A stretch of 58,915 nucleotides of DNA, the filler included. It is 6 parts of 6 records of this genome, joined end to end, with 100 filler letters (N's around TTAATTAATTAA, not from the genome) between each part and the next. Parts side by side here need not be neighbours in the genome. Positions count along the whole stretch, not along the records: positions 1 to 15,448 come from SRR31147125_20004; positions 15,549 to 27,830 come from SRR31147125_20005; 4 more parts are not named here. One strand, written 5' to 3'. The position numbers and the translations under genes were made by a program. Shown one piece after another: positions 10,415 to 19,767 of this stretch. The first letter of the stretch is position 1. Every line of letters starts with the position of its first letter. The notes under the pieces are model-generated. The model was given only the letters and a program-made list of their open reading frames with translations, ran no database searches and was not told the DNA's origin.

Positions 10415-12052
10415 ATGAAATTAAACGTTTGTGATAAGATTCACAATATTAAAGAACATATCACATTAGAAGCATTAAGTAAAACTTGTGACTTAGATGG
10501 CGTACTAGCTGCTAAAGTCAATGGTCGGTTAAGAGAATTATCTTTTGTCATTAAAAAAGATTCTCGTATAGAATTTTTAACAAAATCAGATCCTGCAGCG
10601 ATTAAAATCTACGAATCGACATTAAGATATGTTGTCGCAAAAGCTGTACATAATCTATATCCGCATGTCACACTAAAATTTAGCTATAGTATTTCACGTG
10701 CGATACTTGCGACATTTGAAGATTTTAATCATATATTATCACCACATATTATTGTTAATATTAAGCATGAAGTAGAGAGAATCATTAAAGCTGATTATAA
10801 AATTGTCCGTCATCAAGTACCACTTGAAAAAGCAACCCAACTCTATGCGTCTTTTGATATGAAAGATAAAGTTGATATACTTAGCTATCGTGATGAAAAA
10901 ACAGTTAACTATTATGCATGTGATGGTTATATCAATTATATGTTTGGCTATATGCTGCCATCAACTGGTTATTTAACACAGTTTGAAATGTTTTTATACT
11001 ATCCTGGATTTATTATTCAATATCCACGTGCTGAACTTATGGGAGAAATTCCTAAATTTCAAGATGAACCCAATTTTGGAAAAGCTTTAAAAGAAGTTGC
11101 AAAATGGGGTAAGGTCATTGATGGAAATACGATTCCAAAAATTAATCGTTATGCTCAAAATAAAAAATCAGCAACTGATTTTATATACATGTGTGAATCA
11201 AAACATTCACATATGTTGCATGAATTAGGAGATCAGATAGAGTTTAATATTGATAGTATAAAACTTATCGGTATTGCTGGTCCTTCATCATCAGGAAAAA
11301 CCACTTTTTCAAATCGTCTTCGTATTGAATTAATGAGTCGTGGAATCCATCCTGTTATGATTTCAATTGATGACTATTATTCTGGAAAAGAAAATGCACC
11401 TAAAGACGCATTTGGCAATCCTGATTTAGAACATGTTGAAGCACTGGATTTAGAGCGTTTCAATCATGATATGTTAAAACTTATACAAGGTGAAACTGTG
11501 ACATTGCCACATTTTGATTTTCAATCAGGTACAAGAAAAGAAGGTCAAGTAGTCACTTTAGGCGATGAAACACCCATTATTATTGAAGGCATTCATGCAC
11601 TTAATGAAAAACTTACATATAGTATTCCTAAACATCAAAAATATAAAATATATATTTCACCACAAACACAGCTTCACATTGATAACTTAAATCCAATTAG
11701 TATTACTGAACTTAGAATGTTACGACGTCTTGTTAGAGATCAAAAATATCGTAATACAAATGCTAGTGAAACGATGGACATGTGGGCCAATGTACGTAAG
11801 GGTGAGTTTAAATGGATATATCCTTTCCAAAGTGAAGCGGATTATGTGTTTAACTCTGAGTTAACTTATGAACTTGCTGTATTAAAAAAACATGCGGTCG
11901 CACAGTTACAAGCTATTGATAAAGAATCTATCCATTATATAACAGCGAATAGATTGCTTAAATTCTTAAAATACATTGTCGATATTGATGATGATTTAGT
12001 CCCAAATCATTCTCTTTTAAGAGAATTTATTGGAGATAGTTGTTTTAGATAG
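10415..12052 (+). CDS. Uridine/nucleoside kinase family protein with an N-terminal ThrRS-like (TGS/editing) region
   Basis: N-terminal AAKVNG and a ThrRS N2-like segment; P-loop AGPSSSGKTT, IDDYY, IEGIHAL and RRLVRD. Confidence 0.82.
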   Translation: MKLNVCDKIHNIKEHITLEALSKTCDLDGVLAAKVNGRLRELSFVIKKDSRIEFLTKSDPAAIKIYESTLRYVVAKAVHNLYPHVTLKFSYSISRAILATFEDFNHILSPHIIVNIKHEVERIIKADYKIVRHQVPLEKATQLYASFDMKDKVDILSYRDEKTVNYYACDGYINYMFGYMLPSTGYLTQFEMFLYYPGFIIQYPRAELMGEIPKFQDEPNFGKALKEVAKWGKVIDGNTIPKINRYAQNKKSATDFIYMCESKHSHMLHELGDQIEFNIDSIKLIGIAGPSSSGKTTFSNRLRIELMSRGIHPVMISIDDYYSGKENAPKDAFGNPDLEHVEALDLERFNHDMLKLIQGETVTLPHFDFQSGTRKEGQVVTLGDETPIIIEGIHALNEKLTYSIPKHQKYKIYISPQTQLHIDNLNPISITELRMLRRLVRDQKYRNTNASETMDMWANVRKGEFKWIYPFQSEADYVFNSELTYELAVLKKHAVAQLQAIDKESIHYITANRLLKFLKYIVDIDDDLVPNHSLLREFIGDSCFR

Positions 12053-12061
12053 GATGTTTAT

Positions 12062-13114
12062 ATGAAATCACTTAATAATATTAACCGCATTCAAATGACG
12101 AACGAAGTGATTATGTTACTTTTATCACTTTATGAGAGTAAAGGAAAATCATTTTATTATGATGATCTTTTTAGTCGTGATCAAGTCGTTTTTGCAAGAA
12201 AAACACAGGAAACAGATCTGTTTTATCTTGCAAAAATTCAATCACTTGATATGACTGATGCTCGCATGAAGTTATTTGCTAAAAAAGATATGAAAGCAAG
12301 AACAAAAGATGAACATCTATTTAATAATTTTAAAAAAGCTTATGTACAACTTAAAGAACATCCTGAAGATTTTGAATTATTAGTTAATGAAGTAGGAAAC
12401 TTAATTAAATTATTATCACATGCGTATGAACCCATTACTTTTAATACTTATGAATCACTTGATGATGGTATGTTGAAAATGAAAAGACATACTAAAAAAG
12501 AAGATTTAGAAAAACTTTTTGTGCTTTATGAAAAATTAGTTAGAGAAAAAAATGCTGCGATTACACAGTTGATGATTAACTTTTATGTTGATATCAAAAA
12601 TATTGATATATGCAATAAAAAAAATGACCTTATATCACTTATATTATTTTATGCACTGATAATTAGGGATTTCTCGGTATTTAAATATGTCAGTTTCTTT
12701 AAATATTTCTATCAAATACAAGACGTATGGAATCAATCAATGGTAACAGCAAGTTATTATTGGCATGAGGGTTTTGCACAAACTGATATGATTCATCGCT
12801 TATTCATCCAAATCATGATTGATAGTTACAAGGAAATCGATCGATTTGTTCATGAATATCAATTTGAAAAAGGGTTGAATAAATCTGATAATTTAGAAAA
12901 TAGTATTTTAAAAATGAAAGATATTTTTTCTAAAAATGATTTAAGAAAAAGACACCCCAATGTTAGTGATGCAACGATTGATCGTACATTAAAACGATTA
13001 AAAGAAGAAGATAAAATTAGACCACTTGGTAAAGGTAGAAGTTCTAAGTGGCAACGCATCGTAGAAGGAAGACAAAAACTATCGACTGCACAATTATCAC
13101 TATTTGACGACTAA
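12062..13114 (+). CDS. Fic-family-like protein with a degenerate active site and a C-terminal wHTH
   Basis: The scaffold matches Firmicute Fic-HTH proteins (E.KGK, R..DE, KYVS, WHEG, FSK.D..P.VS..TI.R.L..L.EE..I...G.GR), but HPFxDGNGR reads DICNKKNDL. Confidence 0.7.
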   Translation: MKSLNNINRIQMTNEVIMLLLSLYESKGKSFYYDDLFSRDQVVFARKTQETDLFYLAKIQSLDMTDARMKLFAKKDMKARTKDEHLFNNFKKAYVQLKEHPEDFELLVNEVGNLIKLLSHAYEPITFNTYESLDDGMLKMKRHTKKEDLEKLFVLYEKLVREKNAAITQLMINFYVDIKNIDICNKKNDLISLILFYALIIRDFSVFKYVSFFKYFYQIQDVWNQSMVTASYYWHEGFAQTDMIHRLFIQIMIDSYKEIDRFVHEYQFEKGLNKSDNLENSILKMKDIFSKNDLRKRHPNVSDATIDRTLKRLKEEDKIRPLGKGRSSKWQRIVEGRQKLSTAQLSLFDD

Positions 13115-13140
13115 AGGTATGGTATGCCATACCTTTTTTA
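13113..13140 (+). terminator. Terminator ending the parE-parC-udk-fic operon
   Basis: AAAGGTATGG/CCATACCTTT stem followed by a T-run. Confidence 0.8.
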
Positions 13141-13211
13141 TTTAATTTATGCGTTTTTTTAACTAAAAACCACAATAGTATGCTAATATATATATGTTTA
13201 AGAGGTGAATA

Positions 13212-14068
13212 ATGAAAAAAGAACTATTAAAAAAATTAAGAACTGAAACGGGCGCAAGTTTCATGCTTTGTAAAGAAGCACTCATAGCGACAAATGATAT
13301 ATATGATGATGCGATCGAATATATAAACAAACATCAAAAAAAGAAGATGGTAATGCAAGAGTCGCATCTAAAGGCATGGTTGTTGTCACATATGAAGATA
13401 ACGAAGCTGTCCTTTTTGAAGTCAATGCAGAAACTGATTTTATTACAACAAATGAGCATTTCACAGAATTTATCGCATCAATAAAAAAACCACTACTTCA
13501 TAGTGATGTGACTAATCCGATTGATGCTCTAAATATACAATTAGAAAATGAAAAAACTATTAAAGATTCTATTGTCTATACAGCAGGTTTAACGAAAGAA
13601 AACATAAAGCTTAGAAGATTTTATCGCGTTCGTAAAGCGGATATACAGACGTTTGGTACATATACACACCAAAAGGGACGCATCGCATCACTTGTTGTCT
13701 TAAATAAAAAAAATCAAGAGATTGCTAATCAACTTGCGCTTCAAGTCATAGCACAAGATGCTCTCTATTTAGCATATGATCAAATTGATCAAGATACATT
13801 AAACTATGAAAAATTTATGTATGAAAAAGAACATCAATCATTTGATGAAGACGCATTTTTACAATATTTAAAAGGTAAATCATTATTTGATCAACCTTAT
13901 TATAGAGATCCAAATATCACAGTTAGAGATTTACTGCATACACATCAATTAGATGTGATTGATTTTTATAAATTTGAACTTGGCCAAGGTATCGATAATA
14001 AATTAAATTGTAGACTTGATATACCTTGTGATGGATCAAAAATTACAGTTATGCCGGTCACTAACTAA
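13212..14068 (+). CDS. tsf: Elongation factor Ts-like protein, split by a 1-bp frameshift at A7 13336-13342
   Basis: LKKLRTETGASFMLCKEAL N-domain, EVNAETDF motif, L..Q.YYRDP and FELGQGI. One extra A joins the two ORFs. Confidence 0.8.
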
Positions 14069-14136
14069 AAAATAAAGCAAATGACTTTGACTTTTTTAAA
14101 TTCATATATAATTAATGTGAATATATAGGAGTTAAA

Positions 14137-15448
14137 ATGAATTTATTAAAGCAAGTTTTTCAATTAAATAGGCATGATTACTTACACATACTTAAAACAT
14201 CAATTATATATATATTAATTGTGACAATTTTGTATACTTTTTTTTCACAAATCGTATACAATGATAGAATAGCTGAATATAAGCAATTGACACTAATTAC
14301 CGATGAGTCGAATGCAAATTTTATTAATTTTAGTATTAGCCATTATGTGTCAGATTTACAAGATGATTTACTAATCCTCAAGCACTCTGACGAAATCGTG
14401 CAATATACTGATGAAATAAATAATGATACAACCCATGAAGTGGAACAATTATTTTTAAGATTTTCTGCAAATAAAACCGACTTATCACAAATCAGGATTA
14501 TCGATGATCAAGGTATGGAAACCATCCGTGTAAATCATATTGAGGATCCTCTTTTAGTTTCTAGTGAAGCATTACAAGATAAGAGTAATCGTTATTACTA
14601 TCAAGAAACTGCGCAACTAGAAGATGGTGACGTCTATATATCTAAACTTGATTTAAATATCGAAAATGATCGTATTGAAATACCATATCAACCAGTGATT
14701 AGAATTTCTACGCCTTTATACCGAGAATCTGAGTTTTTAGGGATACTTGTTGTTAATCTAGATGCAAACTATTTATTAGATGCGGTATTTGCATCAGGAC
14801 AAACTAATTATAGTGAAACACTATCACTATTTAATCAAAGTGGACATTATATTTATAATGATGATCCATCTATTCTCTATGGACACGTCATTAAATCTAG
14901 AAGTCAAAATCATTTTTCTACAACTTATCCAGCAATTGATATCAAACCCGATTCAATGACAGATACCATGACCAATGACGATCAATATTTAACTTTTATA
15001 AGACTAAATCCTTTCAAAGAAATTGATGCAATCTCTAATAATGGTAGTTGGACCATTGTTCATGAATCTGATTTTTCTGATGTAATCCCATCAAGCCATA
15101 TCATATTTACGCTTAATATTTATGATTTAATGATTATTTTTGCTTTATGGATTTTCATCTTTTTAGGTATCGCAATCACATATATCAATAAAAGAGACGG
15201 ATTTAAATTGAATGTCGTCAGAAGAATTGCAGAAGAAACAAGCGATTCAGTGATCATTTCTAACAATCAGCGTCTAATTGAGTATGCGAATAAATCATTT
15301 GTCAATTTTACCGGATATGAACTAGAAGAAGTTATTAACCATCACACGCGCATCCTTAAATCAAAAATCCATGGCCAATCATTTTATAAAAAGCTATGGG
15401 ATTCAATCCATGAAAAGGGATATTGGTCAGGCGTCCTATGGCAAAAAA
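14137..15448 (+). CDS. Membrane sensor with a Cache-like extracellular domain and a PAS domain (3' truncated)
   Basis: TM-Cache (QDKSNRYY, SKLDLN.E, PVIR.STP)-TM-PAS (IEYAN..F...TGY...E, W.G) layout; the output domain is cut off by the linker. Confidence 0.8.
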
Positions 15449-15548
15449 NNNNNNNNNNNNNNNNNNNNNNNNNNNNNNNNNNNNNNNNNNNNTTAATTAA
15501 TTAANNNNNNNNNNNNNNNNNNNNNNNNNNNNNNNNNNNNNNNNNNNN
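15449..15548. other. Artificial contig linker
   Basis: N44-TTAATTAATTAA-N44 with stops in all six frames. Confidence 0.98.
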
Positions 15549-16746
15549 ATGCTACGATTAAATTTCAGCTTTTTAACAAATGCCTCGGTTTCCCTGCTTG
15601 CCGTTCCATTACCGATGGCGATGGCATCGATTTTATAGATTTCTACATCGGAAGTAAGTCTTTTGGCTGCCTGCTTTGTTTCTTTTTGCGGGGCATGAGG
15701 GTATATGGTTGCATTATGAAGAAGGTTTCCCTGTTCGTCCAAACAAACAACTTTGCAGCCTGTGCGATAACCCGGATCGAGGGCGAGAACTCTTTCTGCC
15801 CCAGTGGCGATGCTAACAAGAGCTGTCGTAAATTTTCAGCAAAAACGTTTATTGCTTCTTCATCTGCTTTTTCTTTTGCCAGGTTCGTAAATTCTGTTTC
15901 TATGGATGGAGACAGCAACCTTTTATACGAGTCCTTGATAGCTACAGAAACTTCCTGAGATACATCGTAATATCCTTTTATGAAAATATCGTCTAATCGT
16001 TCAAGGGCTTTTTCTTCATCGGGTTCAATTTTCAATCTTAAAAATCCTTCTTTTTCTCCTCTTAACATAGCCATTAAACGGTGCGACGGGCAACGTTTCA
16101 GTGGTTCTGAAAAATCGAAGTAGTCTTTGTATTTCTCACCTTCATCTTCTTTGCTTTTCACCACTTTTGAATAGATAAAAGCTTCTTTTTCGAATAAGTT
16201 TCTTACCGTGTTTCTTGCTCGTTGATTTTCATTTATCCATTCAGCAATAATATCTCTTGCACCTTGTAAAGCTTCTTCTTCACTTTTAACTTCTTTATTA
16301 AGGAACTGCCTTGCCCTTTGTGCGATATTCATTTCTTTCTGCGCCATTAATATCTTGGCCAATGGTTCAAGACCTTTTTCCCTGGCAATAGAAGCTTTTG
16401 TTTTTCTTTTGGGTTTGTATGGCAGGTAAATATCTTCCAGCTCAGTTAACGAGTATGTATCTTCAATTTTCTTTTTTAAATCAGGTGTAAGTTTTTCCTG
16501 TTCGCTTATGCTTTTTAAGATGGTTTCTTTGCGCTGTTCAATTTCCATGAGCTTTTTATGCTGTTCAGAAATTGATGTAACAGCAACTTCATCGAGGCTG
16601 CCCGTGGCTTCTTTTCTATACCGGCTGATAAACGGGATGGTTGCTCCATCTACCAGAAGTTTAATGGTGTTGCTTACTTGTTTCTCATCTAACGATAAGC
16701 TTTTTGCTATTATTTCTACGTGTACTTTGTTCATATAATGTGTCAA
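15549..16746 (-). CDS. tex: Tex/YhgF transcription accessory protein (3' truncated; 1-bp frameshift near 15793)
   Basis: Motifs GATIPFISRYRKEATG and LEDIYLPYKPKR. One extra A restores LGQKRVLALDPGYRTGCK...IAIGNGTASRET. Alternative start: ATG at 16734. Confidence 0.9.
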
Positions 16747-16801
16747 AAAATCAAAATGTACAAAAATAGGTTTAATTTCGAAGGATTAGAAAATTTTAAA
16801 A

Positions 16802-17563
16802 ATGATTACGATAATATCACCAGCAAAACTTTTGAATTTTGAACCTCAATCCATCACAACAGAATTTACACAACCACTTTTTTTGAAAGAATCGCAGTTG
16901 CTTATCAATAAATTAAAAAGACTAAGTAGTAAGAAAGTTTCTGCGTTGATGAACCTGAGTAAAAAATTAGCTGATTTGAATGTTGAGCGATATCATAAAT
17001 GGAATATTCCTTTTACGCAGGAAAATGCGAAACAAGCCTTGTTCGCTTTTAATGGTGAAGTCTATAACGGTTTAAATGCAGAAAGCCTAACTCAAAAAGA
17101 TGTTGATTTTGCAAAGGATAATCTTCGGGTTTTAAGCGGGCTTCATGGTGTTTTAAGGCCTCTGGATCTTATACAACCTTACCGGTTAGAGATGGGGACT
17201 AAAATTGGGGCAGGAAGGGCTAAGACATTGTATGAATATTGGTCGAGAAAAATAACGGCTCAACTTTTGGGAGAGTTGCCGGAAAGCGATGTTTTGATAA
17301 ACTTGGCATCAAACGAATATTTTAAGGTAATTGATCAAAAAAAGTTTAAACGGAGGATTATTACGCCCGTGTTCAAAGATGAAAAAAATGGGAATTATAA
17401 AGTTCTGACCATTTATGCAAAACACGCGCGGGGCATGATGACAAGGTTTATAATTAAAAACAAGATAAAGAACCCGGAAGAAATAAAAGCGTTTGATGAA
17501 AAAGGTTATGTGTTCAATCCCAATCTAACGAATGGAGATGAATGGGTTTTTACCCGGGGATAA
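16802..17563 (+). CDS. yaaA: Peroxide stress protein YaaA (UPF0246)
   Basis: Motifs ISPAK, LSGLHGVLRPLD.I.PYRLEMG, NLAS.EY and AK.ARG.M. Confidence 0.93.
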   Translation: MITIISPAKLLNFEPQSITTEFTQPLFLKESQLLINKLKRLSSKKVSALMNLSKKLADLNVERYHKWNIPFTQENAKQALFAFNGEVYNGLNAESLTQKDVDFAKDNLRVLSGLHGVLRPLDLIQPYRLEMGTKIGAGRAKTLYEYWSRKITAQLLGELPESDVLINLASNEYFKVIDQKKFKRRIITPVFKDEKNGNYKVLTIYAKHARGMMTRFIIKNKIKNPEEIKAFDEKGYVFNPNLTNGDEWVFTRG

Positions 17564-17685
17564 AGGATATTTAAAATTTGTTGTAATATTCTTGATATTT
17601 TATTAACCTTGGTTTTTATTAAATCAATTTAGTGGATAGCCACACTGAAAACTATTTCATGCCAAAAACACTTAAATTATATAAG

Positions 17686-19737
17686 ATGATAAAAAAATCA
17701 CTATCAATAGCATTATTTATGCTAATAACTACTTATTGTAGCGCTCAAATTCAATTTAAAGAAACACATTTTTTTAATATAGGAAACCAAACATCTATTG
17801 ATGTTGTGGAGGTTGGAGATGTAAATAATGATGGCTTAAGTGATGTTGTTTTTGGCTCAGGATTCTATTTTGATGATGAAAATGATTATAATTTTTTCAT
17901 TTATGAACAAAATAGCAATGGAACACTTAAATCACCTAAAAAAGTAAAGTACCCAGATGCATATCCTGGGCTAAATACCCTTCAGCTCGGTGATGTTAAT
18001 AATGATAGTTTAACAGATATTATTTTCGATTTTGACAATAATATTGGAATGATCTATCAATTGCCGAATGGTGGATTTTCGCAAGTAAAATCTTATTACA
18101 TGGGGCATCAAATAAATGGACTTGAAATTTGCGAATTGAATAATGACTCTCTGAAAGATATTGTCTCACTTTTTTACCAAGAAATATTTGTCCTCTATCA
18201 AATGCCTGATAATAGTTACGTTCGTGACACAATTTTTCTTGGAGATGATATAACAGCCAATGATTTAATGAGCAAAGATGTTAATAACGATGGCTTAAAT
18301 GATTTAATTACCTGGGGGACATATCAATATCCTATAAATATTATTTATCAGGATAGTGTAAGAGCATTTCAAGATCCTGTTATAAAAACTATTGATTATC
18401 AATTCGAATATTTTAAAACTTTCGATGCTGCGGATGTTGCAGATATAAATGGTGATGGCTATGCTGATATTGTTGGAGGCATTGGAGGAAATACAGCTGC
18501 AATTGTTATTTTTTACCAGGATTCTTCAGGAAATTTCGATACAACATTGCAATTAACATCTTACGATTGTCCATCTAATGTAAAAATAATAGATTTAAAT
18601 TGTGATGGAATATCTGAGATTGTAACTGGTTCCGATTGTGGTAATTATGTAAACGTTTATGAACAAGATACACTCTTTGGGGGATTCTTTCATTATAAAC
18701 AATACGCTATAACTGGTAATGCCGGTAAATATGGTTTAGCCTTTGGAGACATAAATAATGATAATAAAATTGATATGGCAACAATTGGTTATCAAGGGGG
18801 AAATATATTATATAATGACTCGAAACCATCGTATTTTTCATTGATAGATACAGTTGTTAATAGTTATCAATCAACCAAAGACACAATTGTCAATTATGAT
18901 TATCAAACTTCAGAACTAGATACATCAAATGGTTGCAATCGCGAATTTTTATATACCTATACCGTTAATGAAACATACAAGCAAACCAGAAAGTTTGGGG
19001 ACACTACTTTCATAAGACATGGAACAATGTGTGATTTACCTTATATTGACACTTTGCTTCTTACTTTTGATAGTACAATCAATACTTTATTAAGTTCCGA
19101 TACAAGTAGGATTTTGGACAATATAGATACATTGGTTTATAATTACGATTATCATTCTACAATACAAGTAATCGATACACTTAAGTTATGGTCTGAAAAT
19201 AGGATTGATACATTAAAGTTGGAAGACATCAGAATTATAAGTGACACAATTGTAATTACAGTGGATTCAATTAAAGTAAATGAAACTCTATTAAATTTTG
19301 AAATAAGAACCAGTAATTTTAATATATTCAGAGGATATCGCTGTAATGATTATTTTTATGATACCCTATATTCATATGAAAATATTAATTATGAACAAAC
19401 GATTCTTGTTTCAGATACAACATTTATCTCCCAACATACTGATAAATTTATTATTACATCAAATAAGATTCATGAATTAGATAACCAAGAAGTATATATT
19501 TACCCTAATCCGGTATCAAACCATTTAACAATTAACTACAAATCATCTGATTGCTCAAAAAGCATTATAAAAATTTATAATATTATTGGTGAGGTTGTCT
19601 TTGAAAAAGAATACATAGAACCTCAAGAGACAAAAATTGATGTTACAGATATACAGACTGGAATTTATTTAATGGAATTAATATTTAATGACTCAAAACG
19701 ATACTTGAAGAAAATCGTAATTAATAAAAACCTATAA
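17686..19737 (+). CDS. FG-GAP/VCBS-repeat protein with a T9SS type A C-terminal sorting domain
   Basis: Signal peptide MIKKSLSIALFMLITTYCSAQ; repeated GDVNNDGLxD motifs; C-terminal YIYPNP...GIY...KIVI. Confidence 0.85.
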   Translation: MIKKSLSIALFMLITTYCSAQIQFKETHFFNIGNQTSIDVVEVGDVNNDGLSDVVFGSGFYFDDENDYNFFIYEQNSNGTLKSPKKVKYPDAYPGLNTLQLGDVNNDSLTDIIFDFDNNIGMIYQLPNGGFSQVKSYYMGHQINGLEICELNNDSLKDIVSLFYQEIFVLYQMPDNSYVRDTIFLGDDITANDLMSKDVNNDGLNDLITWGTYQYPINIIYQDSVRAFQDPVIKTIDYQFEYFKTFDAADVADINGDGYADIVGGIGGNTAAIVIFYQDSSGNFDTTLQLTSYDCPSNVKIIDLNCDGISEIVTGSDCGNYVNVYEQDTLFGGFFHYKQYAITGNAGKYGLAFGDINNDNKIDMATIGYQGGNILYNDSKPSYFSLIDTVVNSYQSTKDTIVNYDYQTSELDTSNGCNREFLYTYTVNETYKQTRKFGDTTFIRHGTMCDLPYIDTLLLTFDSTINTLLSSDTSRILDNIDTLVYNYDYHSTIQVIDTLKLWSENRIDTLKLEDIRIISDTIVITVDSIKVNETLLNFEIRTSNFNIFRGYRCNDYFYDTLYSYENINYEQTILVSDTTFISQHTDKFIITSNKIHELDNQEVYIYPNPVSNHLTINYKSSDCSKSIIKIYNIIGEVVFEKEYIEPQETKIDVTDIQTGIYLMELIFNDSKRYLKKIVINKNL

Positions 19738-19767
19738 TACACATGACAAAACTAATAGAACTTTAGA

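Noticed and set aside
1-15448. UGA=Trp recoding (genetic code 4) in the Mollicutes-like contigs
   Set aside because: Long ORFs read through fully in code 11 using TGG for Trp, and asd in the similar contig 5 ends at a TGA overlapping the dapA ATG.
15493-15504. Recurring TTAATTAATTAA palindrome as a biological repeat or recombination site
   Set aside because: It is always centred in N-runs of fixed length, so it is a synthetic six-frame-stop linker.
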